DNA of 63,299 nt, counting the filler, from Actinomycetales bacterium (GTDB lineage Bacteria; Actinomycetota; Actinomycetes; Actinomycetales; CAVURS01): NCBI GenBank assembly GCA_045807245.1. It is 4 parts of 4 records of this genome, joined end to end, with 100 filler letters (N's around TTAATTAATTAA, not from the genome) between each part and the next. Parts side by side here need not be neighbours in the genome. Positions count along the whole stretch, not along the records: positions 28,032 to 57,960 come from JBJMHS010000018.1; 3 more parts are not named here. One strand, written 5' to 3'. The position numbers and the translations under genes were made by a program. The number at the start of each line of letters is the position of its first letter. The stretch's first letter is position 1. The notes beneath the pieces were generated by a model. That model did not search any database, was not told where the DNA came from, and was given only the letters and a program-made list of their open reading frames with translations. This document shows positions 29,571 to 40,348 of this stretch, in pieces.

Positions 29571-30815
29571 TTAGTCGGTGTCGGGGACGACGGGGATCTC
29601 AGCGGTGTCGATGCCGAGGATGGTCTCCTCGTCGGGCTTGAGCGGCAGCACGTTCTCGAGGTAGTCGCGCACCGCGTCGGTGAGCGAGACGTCGTGCTCG
29701 TCCTCCTCGGACAGGTACCAGCGGTGCTCGAGCACCTCGTGGAAGACCTCGGCCTGGTCCAGCTTGCCGCTCAGCTCGCGGGGCACCGCGCGCACGATCG
29801 GCTGGAAGACCCGGGCCAGCCAGTCGTGGGCGACGATCTCCTCGTCCTCGCCCTGCCGGTCGGTTGCCGCGCGGTAGGCGTCGAGGTCGTTGAGCAGGCG
29901 GCGGGCCTGGTTCTCCTCGACGTCCAGGCCGGTGAGCCGCAGCAGCCGTCGCGAGTGGTGGCCGGCGTCGACGACCTTGGGCTGGATCTGGACCGTCGTC
30001 CCGCCGATGTCCGTCGTGATCGCGAGCTCGTCGACGTCGAAGCCCAGCTCGTTGAGCCGACGGATGCGCGCGTCGACCCGCCACCGCTCACCGCTGTCGA
30101 ACGACTCGGCGCCGGTGAGCTCGGCCCAGAGCGAGTGGTACCGCTCGACGATCACGTCGGCCGTCGCGACCGGGTCGGCGTCGTCCTCGAGCAGCCCACC
30201 GGCCTCCAGGTCCATGAGCTCGCCGGCGATGTTCGTCCGGGCCAGGTCCACGTCGTACTCGCGCTGCCCCCGGCTGAGGACGTCGTGCAGGTCACCCGTC
30301 TCGGCGTCGACGAGGTACGCCGCGAAGGCGCCGGCGTCGCGGCGGAACAGTGTGTTGGACAGCGACACGTCACCCCAGAAGAAGCCGGTGAGGTGCAGGC
30401 GCACGAGCAGTGCCGCCAGCGCGTCGATGAGCCGCTGGGCGGTGTCCGGTCGCAGGGTCTGGCTGAACAGTGCGCGGTACGGCAGGGAGAACTGCAGGTG
30501 CTGCGTGACCAGCGCGCTCTCGAGCCCCGTGCCGGAGCGGTCGGTGCGGCCCGAGATGACCGCCAGCGGTTCGACGGCCGGCTGGTCGAGCCGGTTCAGC
30601 AGCCGCAGCAGGCCGTACTCGCGGCGGGCCAGCTTCTCGTCGATCTCCTTGATGGCGATGACCCGGCCGGAGAGCCGGACGAACCGTACGACGTGCCGCG
30701 AGATTCCGCGGGGCAGGGCGGCGAGCGTGTCAGGGGGCCAGTCCTCGAGTGGGACGTCCCACGGCAGGTCGAGCAGCGCCGGGTCCGGCCGCGCTGCTGT
30801 GATCTCGATGGGCAC
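29571..30815 (-). CDS. Kinase-like (Kdo/WaaP fold) DUF4032 protein
   Basis: GISRHVVRF, AIKE, WGDVSLSNTL, LVDAE, EVLEHRWYLSE. Confidence 0.85.
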   Translation of the reverse strand: MPIEITAARPDPALLDLPWDVPLEDWPPDTLAALPRGISRHVVRFVRLSGRVIAIKEIDEKLARREYGLLRLLNRLDQPAVEPLAVISGRTDRSGTGLESALVTQHLQFSLPYRALFSQTLRPDTAQRLIDALAALLVRLHLTGFFWGDVSLSNTLFRRDAGAFAAYLVDAETGDLHDVLSRGQREYDVDLARTNIAGELMDLEAGGLLEDDADPVATADVIVERYHSLWAELTGAESFDSGERWRVDARIRRLNELGFDVDELAITTDIGGTTVQIQPKVVDAGHHSRRLLRLTGLDVEENQARRLLNDLDAYRAATDRQGEDEEIVAHDWLARVFQPIVRAVPRELSGKLDQAEVFHEVLEHRWYLSEEDEHDVSLTDAVRDYLENVLPLKPDEETILGIDTAEIPVVPDTD

Positions 30816-30834
30816 GCGACGAGCCTAGGGGGGT

Positions 30835-30875
30835 GACGAAGCCGGCCGGACCACGCGGTCCGGCCGGCTCTCGTC
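30835..30875 (-). terminator. Hairpin downstream of msiK
   Basis: AGCCGGCCGGACC-acgc-GGTCCGGCCGGCT, 13-bp perfect stem. Confidence 0.7.
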
Positions 30876-30904
30876 GAGGACGGTGTCAGGCCCCGTCCGG
30901 CCGG

Positions 30905-31981
<1,077 letters not shown>

Positions 31982-31984
31982 CTC

Positions 31985-32031
31985 AAATCCCTTCACCGGC
32001 AGGTACGTGCCGGACGATCCGTAGTGGAGGG
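31985..32031 (-). ncRNA. msiK RNA motif (cis-regulatory leader)
   Basis: Minus strand CCACUACGGAUCGU-CCGGCA-CGUACC-UGCCGG-UGAAGGGA immediately 5' of the msiK start; matches my recollection of the actinobacterial msiK motif. Confidence 0.8.
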
Positions 32032-32205
32032 TGTTCAAGCGCGTCGGCGGTTGCCTCGGCGCCCGGTGCCGTTCATCCTGCCGTAACAATTCGGACCAGA
32101 CCAGACCCGTCTTACTCACCGGTCAGCGGCTCGGCCGGACGGGCACGGGCTGCAGCCCGGCGGAACGAGCGGCTCGTCTCCGCGCTCATCTGAGACTCTT
32201 GGCCG

Positions 32206-33255
32206 GTGAGACCGCGGCTGGCCGACATCGCGACCCAGGCAGGGGTCAGCGAGGCGACGGTCAGCCGCGTGCTCAACGACAAGCCGGGCGTCGCGCCGGA
32301 CACGCGGGACGCCGTGCTCACCGCGCTGGACGTGCTCGGCTACGAACGGCCGGCCAAGCTGCGGCGGCGCAGCGCCGGTCTGGTCGGCCTGGTGGTGCCC
32401 GAGCTGGTCAACCCGATCTTCCCCGCCTTCGCGCAGGTCATCGACACGGCGCTGGCCGGCAACGGCTACACGCCGGTCCTGTGCACGCAGACGCCCGGCG
32501 GCATCCACGAGGAGGACTTCGTCACGATGCTGTGCGAGCACGGCGTCTCGGGGATCATCTTCATCTCCGGGGAGCACGCCGACACGCTCGCCGACCACTC
32601 GTCGTACCAGGCGCTCGTCGAGCGCGGGCTGCCGATCGTGCTGGTCAACGGGTACGCCGGGGACATCGACGCGCCGTACATCTCGACCGACGACGCGTCC
32701 GCCGCCGAGCTGGCCGTGCACCATCTGCGCGCGCTGGGGCACCGCCGGATCGGGCTCGCGGTCGGGCCGGACCGGTTCGTCCCCGCCGTGCGCAAGATCG
32801 CCGGGTTCCGCCGGGCGATGTCCGATGTCGTCGCCGGCGCGGACCTCGACCCGTTCGTGGTGCAGTCGATCTTCTCCGTCGAGGGCGGTCAGGCAGCTGC
32901 GCTCCGGCTGGTCGAACGCGGCTGTACGGCGATCGTCTGCGGCTCGGACCTGATGGCCCTGGGCGCGATCCGAGGGGTCCGGTCGGTCGGGCTGGAGGTG
33001 CCGCACGACGTGTCCGTGGTGGGGTACGACGACTCGGCCTTCGTCGCGTTCACGGACCCTCCGCTGACGACCGTGCACCAGTCGGTCCAGGCGATGGCCG
33101 AGGCCGCCGTACGGGCCCTCATCGACGAGATCAACGGACAGCCGGCGCCGCGGACCGAGTACCTGTTCCGCCCCGAGCTGGTCGTGCGGGGGTCGACGAC
33201 ACGGGTCCGGCCGGTCGGCGTTCAGCGCTGGGAGCGCTCGGCGACCAGCCGCTGA
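32206..33255 (+). CDS. LacI-family transcriptional regulator
   Basis: LADIATQAGVSEATVSRVLN HTH, VPHDVSVVGYDD, PPLTTV. Confidence 0.95.
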   Translation: MRPRLADIATQAGVSEATVSRVLNDKPGVAPDTRDAVLTALDVLGYERPAKLRRRSAGLVGLVVPELVNPIFPAFAQVIDTALAGNGYTPVLCTQTPGGIHEEDFVTMLCEHGVSGIIFISGEHADTLADHSSYQALVERGLPIVLVNGYAGDIDAPYISTDDASAAELAVHHLRALGHRRIGLAVGPDRFVPAVRKIAGFRRAMSDVVAGADLDPFVVQSIFSVEGGQAAALRLVERGCTAIVCGSDLMALGAIRGVRSVGLEVPHDVSVVGYDDSAFVAFTDPPLTTVHQSVQAMAEAAVRALIDEINGQPAPRTEYLFRPELVVRGSTTRVRPVGVQRWERSATSR

Positions 33256-34007
33256 ATCAGCTCGCGCACGTCCTCGGGCCCGTCGACCCGGTACGCCGCG
33301 TGAGTGGCGCCCGGCCCGACTTTGACGCCCACGTCTCCCGGTCCCAGCACCGAGAATGCGGTCTCGTCCGTCACGTCGTCGCCCGCGTACAGTACGGCCG
33401 GAACGCCCAGGTCGGCCCGAAGTCGTTGCAGGGCAGCCCCTTTCGAGGTCTCGACCACGGCGAGCTCCACGACCGACTTGCCCCGGATCGCGTGCACCCC
33501 CGGCCAGGAGCCCGGTCCGCGGAGAGCCTCGTCCTCGGCCCGCCGGGCGACGTCGTCGGCCGCCCGTCGCGTGTGGAGCACAGAGCCGGTCGGCTTGAGC
33601 TCGACGTCCAGCCCGGGGTCCGTCGCGGCGATCGTCCGCAGCGCGGCAGTGACCTGCTCGAGCCGCTCGCCCTCCTCGCGCGTCATGCCGATCGACGCGG
33701 GCCGGCCGGTGGGTCGCTGCCGCAGCGACGCCTCCGCGCCGTGGCTGCCGACCAGCGAGACGCCGTCACCGTCGCGCACGCCGCTGACCGCGGACAGGCT
33801 CTCCAGGGCTCGGCCGGAGACGAGGACGACGTCGGTGTCCGGCAGGCGAGCCAGCTCGAGCACCGCCTCGACCGTGCCGGGCAGTGCCCGTGCCGCGTTC
33901 GGGTCGTCGACAAGCGGCGAGAGGACGCCGTCGAAGTCGAGCGCGACCAGCACGTGCGGCCGCGCCGCGAACGCGCGCACGGCCTGCACGACGTCGTCCG
34001 GGACCAT
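33222..34007 (-). CDS. otsB: Trehalose-6-phosphate phosphatase
   Basis: LDFDGVL, VSGR, GSHGAE, GKSVVE, SKG, GDDVTDE HAD motifs. Confidence 0.93.
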   Translation of the reverse strand: MVPDDVVQAVRAFAARPHVLVALDFDGVLSPLVDDPNAARALPGTVEAVLELARLPDTDVVLVSGRALESLSAVSGVRDGDGVSLVGSHGAEASLRQRPTGRPASIGMTREEGERLEQVTAALRTIAATDPGLDVELKPTGSVLHTRRAADDVARRAEDEALRGPGSWPGVHAIRGKSVVELAVVETSKGAALQRLRADLGVPAVLYAGDDVTDETAFSVLGPGDVGVKVGPGATHAAYRVDGPEDVRELIQRLVAERSQR

Positions 34008-34012
34008 GGCGC

Positions 34013-35434
34013 CTACTCGCTGAGAGCATCGAGATAGTCGCGCGCCCAGCGGTGCACGTCGTGCCGGAACACCTGCCGCCGCATCGCGCGCATCCGGCGG
34101 CGGGCGTCGCGCGGCTCCGCCCGGAGAGCAGCCACGATCGCGGCCTTGAGCCCCGAGATGTCGTGGGGGTTGCACAGGAACGCGCGGTGCAGGTCCTCGG
34201 CGGCGCCGGTGAACTCGGAGAGCACCAGCGCACCGCCGTCGTCGTACCGGGCCGCGACGTACTCCTTGGCCACCAGGTTCATCCCGTCGCGCACGGGCGT
34301 GACCAGCATGACGTCGCCCGCGAGGTAGAGCGCGGCCATCTCCTCCCGCGGGTAGCTGTGGTGCAGGTAGTGCACGGCGGGGGACCCGATACGGCCCTCC
34401 TCGCCGTTGATCCGCCCGACGGTCACCTCGACCTGGTCGCGCAGCTCGCGGTAGGCGTCGACCCGCTCGCGGCTCGGCGTGGCCACCTGCACCAGCACGG
34501 TGTCGGGCGGTGCGATCGCGCCGTCGGAGAGCAGCTCCTGGTACGCCTTGAGCCGGTGCCGGATCCCCTTGGTGTAGTCGAGCCGGTCGATGCCGAGCAG
34601 CAGGTGCTTCGGGTTGCCCAGGTCGGCCCGGATCTGGCGCGAGCGCTCCTTCACGTCCGGGCGGCGGGCGAGCGCCTCCATGCCCTCCGCGTCGACCGAG
34701 ATGGGGAACGTGCCGGCTCGCACCTCGCGGTGGACGTGCTCCCCGGGCATCTGCACCGACACGTAGTCGCCCTTGATGTGCAGGTGGAGCAGCCGGCGTA
34801 CGACGCGCAGGAAGTTCTGCGCGTCCGCGGCCCGCTGGAAGCCGAGCAGGTCCGCGCCGAGCAACCCCTCGACGATCTCGCGCCGCCAGGGGATCTGGGC
34901 GAACAGCTCCACGGGCGGGAACGGGATGTGGTTGAACCAGCCGATCCGCACGTCCGGGCGCAGCGTGCGCAGGATGGCCGGCACGAGCTGGAGCTGGTAG
35001 TCGTGCACCCAGACCGTCGCGTTCGGGGCGGCCACGGACGCCGCCATCTCCGCGAAGCGGTGGTTGACCCGGCGGTACCCGTCGTACCAGCGCCGGCGGA
35101 ACCGCGCCGGGACGATGACGTCGTGGTAGATCGGCCACAGCGTGTCGTTGGCGAACCCCTCGTAGTGGTCCTCGATGTCGGTTGCGGACAGGGCCACGGG
35201 CACCAGCCACATGTCACCCGCCTCGAACGGCTCGAGGTCCTCGTCCCCGCCGGCCTCACCCGTCCAGCCGACCCAGGCTCCGCCGTGGTCCTTCATGACC
35301 GGTTCCATGGCGGTGACCAGCCCGCCCGGACTCGGTCGCCACTCCACTTCGCCGTCGGCGGTCGAGACCTTGTCCACCGGCAGCCGGTTCGCGACCACAA
35401 CCAGGTCGTGAGTCTGTCTATCCGCGGGCGCCAT
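34013..35434 (-). CDS. otsA: Trehalose-6-phosphate synthase
   Basis: NRLP, SPGGLV, WVHDYQ, HIPFP, DRLDYTKG, DGMNLVAKEY. Confidence 0.96.
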   Translation of the reverse strand: MAPADRQTHDLVVVANRLPVDKVSTADGEVEWRPSPGGLVTAMEPVMKDHGGAWVGWTGEAGGDEDLEPFEAGDMWLVPVALSATDIEDHYEGFANDTLWPIYHDVIVPARFRRRWYDGYRRVNHRFAEMAASVAAPNATVWVHDYQLQLVPAILRTLRPDVRIGWFNHIPFPPVELFAQIPWRREIVEGLLGADLLGFQRAADAQNFLRVVRRLLHLHIKGDYVSVQMPGEHVHREVRAGTFPISVDAEGMEALARRPDVKERSRQIRADLGNPKHLLLGIDRLDYTKGIRHRLKAYQELLSDGAIAPPDTVLVQVATPSRERVDAYRELRDQVEVTVGRINGEEGRIGSPAVHYLHHSYPREEMAALYLAGDVMLVTPVRDGMNLVAKEYVAARYDDGGALVLSEFTGAAEDLHRAFLCNPHDISGLKAAIVAALRAEPRDARRRMRAMRRQVFRHDVHRWARDYLDALSE

Positions 35435-35558
35435 TGCTCTGACACTAACCGCGACGCGGCTACCCCTCGCGTCGAGCAGGTAAACAGCACTACGGTCGAA
35501 CATCGGCCAGCCGGGGCGGAGGGCCCGCTCGTCAGCGGCCGGGGAGAGCGAGGCCGGG

Positions 35559-35987
35559 ATGCTCATCTCCGACGTGATCCGTAGCAAGGGCGACCTCGTC
35601 GTGACCATCGCGCCGGACCAGACCGTCAAGACGCTGATCGACATGCTCGACGAGCACCGCATCGGTGCCCTGGTGGTGTCGACCGACGGCAAGACGATCG
35701 CCGGCATCGTGAGCGAGCGCGACGTCGTCCGGCGGCTGCACAGCGACGGCGCCGACGTGCTCAACCTGACGGTCAGCGACATCATGACGGCGGACGTCCG
35801 GACGGCGGCGCCCGAGGACAACCTCGAGCACATCGCCCGGGTGATGACCGACGCCCGGGTGCGGCACCTGCCCATCGTCACGGGCGGTGAGCTCGTGGCC
35901 ATCATCAGCATCGGCGACGTGGTCAAGAACCGCATCGACGAGCTCCAGGTGGAGCGGGACCAGCTGGTCGACTACATCCACCGCTGA
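35559..35987 (+). CDS. CBS-domain pair protein
   Basis: IGALVV, GIVSERD, VRHLPIV, ISIGDVVK. Confidence 0.9.
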   Translation: MLISDVIRSKGDLVVTIAPDQTVKTLIDMLDEHRIGALVVSTDGKTIAGIVSERDVVRRLHSDGADVLNLTVSDIMTADVRTAAPEDNLEHIARVMTDARVRHLPIVTGGELVAIISIGDVVKNRIDELQVERDQLVDYIHR

Positions 35988-36045
35988 CGCTGTCGAGCGC
36001 GCCGAGTCCCGGTCAGCGCGCCGGTCGCGACGTACGCTCGTCGGC

Positions 36046-37725
36046 ATGACCTGGGGGGACACGACCCAGACGCCGCCGCGGGAGCACACCCTGGGCGTGA
36101 CGTTGGGTGTGTACCGGCTGGTGCAGCGGCTGGGCGAGGGCGGCATGGGGGTCGTGCATCTCGCCCTGGACCCGCACGGTCGCGCCGTCGCCGTGAAAGT
36201 GCTCCGCGCGCATGTCGCCTACGACCCCGACGCCCGAGCCAGGCTGAACCGTGAGGTCGCCACCCTCAGCCGGGTGCGCCATCGCCTGGTGGCCGAGGTG
36301 CTCGACGCTGACGTCGAGGGCGACCGGCCGTACGTCGTAACCCGTTACGTCCCGGGGCCGACGCTCGACGCGGAGGTCCGCGAGCGCGGTCCGATGCCGC
36401 CGGGCCATCTGGTCCAGCTGGGCCGGGGACTGTCCTCCGCTTTGCAGGCGATCCACGAGGCGGGTGTCGTGCACCGTGACCTCAAGCCGGCCAACGTGCT
36501 GCTGCTCGACGGCGACCCCGTCGTCATCGACTTCGGGATCGCGCACGTCGCGGACGACATCCGGCTGACGATGACCGGCCTGGTGATGGGTACGCCGGGC
36601 TACCTGTCCCCGGAGCTCATCGAGGGCGCCGAGGTCACGGCCGCCACGGACTGGTGGGGCTGGGCGGCGACGCTCGCTTTCGCCGCGAGCGGCGAACCGC
36701 CCTTCGGACGCGGGCCGGGCGACGTGGTCATCGACCGGGTCCGGCGCGGGGCCGCCGAGCTGACCGCGGTCGACACGCGGCTCCGGCCGCTGCTGCTCGC
36801 AGCGTTGGCGCCGGACCCGGCGGTGCGACCCGGCGCTCCCGAGGTGCTGTCCGCCCTGGAGCGGTTCGCCCTCGGCGGCCAGGCGACGGTGCCGGTGCCG
36901 GCGGTGCCGCCGACGCGCCCCTTGCCCGGTACGACGGCCGCGGTGGTCACGCCGCCGACCCGGCTCACGTCATTGGCGGCGCCGGTGGCGCCGGCCGTAG
37001 CCGTACCTCGTCCGGCCGCTCCGCCGCCCGACCTGGCACCGGCCCCGCCTGTCGCGAGCCCGGACGACGACCCGCTCGGGCTGTTCGCTCCGCCCGCCCA
37101 GCAGTCCGGGGACCCGGGCGCGCCGCGCAAGCCACGTCGTACCGGGACCTTGCTCGCCGTCCTGTGCGCGGTGGTCGGCCTCGGCTCCTGCTGGCCGACG
37201 CTGACTGCGCTCGTGACTGTCGCCTTGGTCGTCCTGGCCCGGACGGTGGACCGCGCGTTCACCGCCTCGCTGCGCCGGCGCGACCTGAACGGGCCGCGGG
37301 GCAGTGACGCCTGGGTCGCGGCGGCCACCGCGCCCTGGCACCTCGTGCGCAGCGCCGTCGTGAGCGGGCCGGCCGTCGTGCTGCCGGTCGTGCTCGGCGT
37401 GAGTGCCGCCTTGCTCGCGGGTGTGGCCAGCGGCGCGACCGCGGCGCCGGCTGGACCGGACCAGGTCTCCGCGACGCAGACGGCCGCGACTGCCGGCCTG
37501 CTGGTGGGAGTGCTGGTCACGTGGTGGGGACCGGGTGGGGCGTCGGTGCGCCGCGGGGCGCGGGAGCTGACCCGTGGGGTGGTGCGAGGCCGGGCGATGA
37601 CCTCGGCCGTCGTGGTCGGGTGCCTGCTGGCAGGTGCGGCCGCGGCGTACTTCGCCTACACCCAGGGCCAGCCCGACTTCTCGCCCCTGCACTCGTTGCC
37701 GCTCGGGATCTCTCTGCCCGGCTAG
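36046..37725 (+). CDS. Ser/Thr protein kinase with C-terminal membrane helices
   Basis: GEGGMG, VAVK, HRDLKPAN, DFG, GTPGYLSPE; Pro-rich linker and hydrophobic C-terminus. Confidence 0.92.
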   Translation: MTWGDTTQTPPREHTLGVTLGVYRLVQRLGEGGMGVVHLALDPHGRAVAVKVLRAHVAYDPDARARLNREVATLSRVRHRLVAEVLDADVEGDRPYVVTRYVPGPTLDAEVRERGPMPPGHLVQLGRGLSSALQAIHEAGVVHRDLKPANVLLLDGDPVVIDFGIAHVADDIRLTMTGLVMGTPGYLSPELIEGAEVTAATDWWGWAATLAFAASGEPPFGRGPGDVVIDRVRRGAAELTAVDTRLRPLLLAALAPDPAVRPGAPEVLSALERFALGGQATVPVPAVPPTRPLPGTTAAVVTPPTRLTSLAAPVAPAVAVPRPAAPPPDLAPAPPVASPDDDPLGLFAPPAQQSGDPGAPRKPRRTGTLLAVLCAVVGLGSCWPTLTALVTVALVVLARTVDRAFTASLRRRDLNGPRGSDAWVAAATAPWHLVRSAVVSGPAVVLPVVLGVSAALLAGVASGATAAPAGPDQVSATQTAATAGLLVGVLVTWWGPGGASVRRGARELTRGVVRGRAMTSAVVVGCLLAGAAAAYFAYTQGQPDFSPLHSLPLGISLPG

Positions 37726-38174
37726 GAGACGCAGAACTCGTTGCCCTCCGGGTCCTGCATCACCACGCCGTAATAGTCGTGCCCCTCCGTGTAGAGCACC
37801 CGGAAGGTCGTGGCGCCCAGGCCCTCCAGCCGGGCAACTTCGTTGTCCACCACGGTCTTTCGCTCGTCCAGGGAACCGGTGCGATCAGTGAGCAGCAGGT
37901 CGAGATGCACGCGGTTCTTCACGACCTTGCCCTCGGGAACGACCTGGAACCAGATCCGATGACCGGCGTTGTCAGGGTCGACGATCTTGTCGTACCCGAA
38001 CTCCTCGATCTCCTTGACCTCGTCCTCGGGCAGTCCGCGCGCGCGGAAGTACTCGGCCCAGCTCGGCGCGCCCTGAGGCGGTGGCATCTCCACGTAGTGG
38101 AGCGCGCCCTGCCAGAAGGTGGACAGCCGCCCGGAGTCGGCGCAGTCGATGGTGATCTGGATCGGAGTGGCCAT
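37722..38174 (-). CDS. VOC/glyoxalase-family protein
   Basis: ITIDC, FW, FQVVPEGKVVKNRVHLD, DPEGNEFC. Confidence 0.9.
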   Translation of the reverse strand: MATPIQITIDCADSGRLSTFWQGALHYVEMPPPQGAPSWAEYFRARGLPEDEVKEIEEFGYDKIVDPDNAGHRIWFQVVPEGKVVKNRVHLDLLLTDRTGSLDERKTVVDNEVARLEGLGATTFRVLYTEGHDYYGVVMQDPEGNEFCVS

Positions 38175-38203
38175 GAGCCCATCCTGGCCTCAGGCTCTGA
38201 CAC

Positions 38204-39463
38204 GTGCCTCGGCCCCGGCTCCCGCAGTACGCCACCTCGGCCATCCTCGTCCGGCTCGGCGACGAGGGCGCCCGGGTCGCACTTAGCCTGCTCGCTGTGA
38301 CCGCGGGGTTGGGCACGCGGATCGGTGGCTTGCTCATCGCCGTACTGCTCGTGCCGCACGTGGTTGCTGCCCCTGCTGTCGGTGCCTTCGTCGACCGGTC
38401 CACGCATCCGGTACGGCGGGTGGGTCTGCTGGCCGTCGGCTTCGCCGTCGGCGTTGGGCTGGCCGGCCTGGTTGCCGGTCACCGACCGCTCGCTCTCGTG
38501 GTCGTGGTGCTGCTGGTCGCCGGCAGCTGCGGCCCGGCGCTGACCGGTGGCCTGTCGAGCGTGCTGCCCGATCTCGTGGCTCGGTCACGCCTGCCGCGAG
38601 CGTTCGGGCTGGATGCGCTGACGTACAACGTCGCCGGCATCGCCGGGCCGGCCCTGGCGGCGGTGGTGGCCGGTGTCTGGGGTGGCCGGTGGGCCACGGC
38701 TGCGGTCGCCCTGTCCGCTGGGCTGGGGGCCGTGGTGGTCGCGTCCTTGGCGACGGGTGGCCCCGAACGCCGCTCCAGGACAGGCGATCGGGGCCAGTCG
38801 TCCGATACGGCGTCCGATGCGGCGCCGGACGTGGCGCCGGTGGCCGTGTCGTGGACCGCCGGGCTGCGGGCGATCGGGCAGGACCGCGCACTCCGCGCGG
38901 TGACGACCGCGACCACGCTCGCCATGGTCGGTGCCGGGGCTCTGCCCGTGGTCGCCACGGTGATCGCGGTCCGCGCGCACAGCGCTCAGCAGGCCGGGCT
39001 GCTGCTGGCCGCGGAGGCCGTCGGCGGTCTGGCTGGGTCCCTGCTCTGGACCGCCCGGCCGGCCGGTCCGGACCGGGCGCCGGTGCTCGTGGCGCTCGGC
39101 CTCGCCGGAGTCGGCGTACCGCTGATGATCGCCGCGGCGACCGGTCCGCTGCCGGTGCGGCTAGCGCTGTTCGGCCTGGCCGGCCTTGCGGACGGGCCGA
39201 CATTCGGCGCGCTGCTGCTGGTCCGGGACGCCAGGGCGCCGGAGGGCGCGCGCAGCCAGGTGTTCACGGTTGGGGCCGGCGCCAAGATCACCGCGGCGGC
39301 CGTCGGCGCCGCGCTTGGCGGTCTGCTCAGTGGCCTCGCCGTCGGTCCGCAGCTGCTCCTGGCCGGCGGCGTTCACGTCCTCGCCGGGCTGCTCGGCCTC
39401 GCTATGCTCGCCGTCGGCGGGCTGGGCTCGCATCACCTCGGCCGCCGTCGTACGCCGCCTTAG
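38204..39463 (+). CDS. MFS transporter
   Basis: About 12 hydrophobic helices, GAFVDRS motif A, GPALAA. Confidence 0.8.
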   Translation: MPRPRLPQYATSAILVRLGDEGARVALSLLAVTAGLGTRIGGLLIAVLLVPHVVAAPAVGAFVDRSTHPVRRVGLLAVGFAVGVGLAGLVAGHRPLALVVVVLLVAGSCGPALTGGLSSVLPDLVARSRLPRAFGLDALTYNVAGIAGPALAAVVAGVWGGRWATAAVALSAGLGAVVVASLATGGPERRSRTGDRGQSSDTASDAAPDVAPVAVSWTAGLRAIGQDRALRAVTTATTLAMVGAGALPVVATVIAVRAHSAQQAGLLLAAEAVGGLAGSLLWTARPAGPDRAPVLVALGLAGVGVPLMIAAATGPLPVRLALFGLAGLADGPTFGALLLVRDARAPEGARSQVFTVGAGAKITAAAVGAALGGLLSGLAVGPQLLLAGGVHVLAGLLGLAMLAVGGLGSHHLGRRRTPP

Positions 39464-39527
39464 CTCAGCTGGCCAGAGCATCGCACTTGTAATGCGAGGG
39501 TCGTCGGTTCGACTCCGACAGGCGGCT
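39454..39527 (+). tRNA. tRNA-Thr(UGU)
   Basis: GCCGCCT/AGGCGGC acceptor stem, GCTC/GAGC D arm, TCGCA-CTTGTAA-TGCGA anticodon arm, GTCGG-TTCGACT-CCGAC T arm; CCA not encoded. Confidence 0.97.
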
Positions 39528-39797
39528 CCCCTCAGCGGCTCCCCTCAGTGCCGCCGTCGAGCGGTTTGAGTTTCCTGGTAATCGGGTACATGGCGCTTTC
39601 CCGGTTTGGGCGGCATTCTTGTGGTTGGTGCTGATGGCCTCACCGCCGGCAGGCGCGGGTGACTCCCGACGATGCCGGGGAGGGAACGGTGGGGAACTCG
39701 CCGACGGCGGGACGCACCGTGACTGCTCCGACAAGTGGGCGGCCTGCGGCGCGTCCCGCCTGCACCGGACCTGTGGGCAGCAACGGTGGGAGACGTG

Positions 39798-39977
39798 ATG
39801 ACCGAACAGAGTGACCTGCCCGCGACCAGCGACGAGGTCGCGGACGCCAGGGACGACGCTTCCGCCCAAGAGGAGGACCAGCGCCCACCCGAGGACCAGG
39901 GCGACTCCGAATGGCCCGCACAGGCCGACCGCGACACGCCTGACAGTGCCGAACCCGGCGACGCAGCCGAGAGCTGA
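39798..39977 (+). CDS. Small acidic hypothetical protein
   Basis: GGGAG SD; D/E/P-rich, low complexity. Confidence 0.4.
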   Translation: MTEQSDLPATSDEVADARDDASAQEEDQRPPEDQGDSEWPAQADRDTPDSAEPGDAAES

Positions 39978-40001
39978 CCAGAGAAGCGGAAGGCGAGCGC
40001 C

Positions 40002-40193
40002 ATGACTGACAGTCCAGAGAAGGCCGCAGGCACGTCCGACAAGGGACCCGGTTCGGGCGCCGCCAAGCCGGTGACGGAGCCACCCGGTGGCGAGCTCGAC
40101 CAGGCCATCAACGACGACCCGCAGGACCCGGGCGTCGAGCAGGGCTCCCGAGACCCGGAGGACGGCGGCGAGGGCGCAGGGTCAACGTCCTAG
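40002..40193 (+). CDS. Small acidic hypothetical protein
   Basis: GAAGG upstream; D/E/G/P-rich, low complexity. Confidence 0.4.
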   Translation: MTDSPEKAAGTSDKGPGSGAAKPVTEPPGGELDQAINDDPQDPGVEQGSRDPEDGGEGAGSTS

Positions 40194-40348
40194 CCGCGTT
40201 CAGTCAAGGAATGTTCCGTTCTTTCCCAAGATCGTTGGAAGAGCCGCGCGCCGGGTGTATCTGTGTCTGCGGGACGGCCTCCTGGTCTCGCCCGGTCGGT
40301 GTCGGGTTGTTTCCCTCGCTCTACCTCGGCGTCGAAGGAGAACGCGAC

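Noticed and set aside
34008..35935. Long N-terminal extensions of the otsB and otsA ORFs
   Set aside because: They overlap otsA and the CBS gene; family motifs begin at 34007 and 35434
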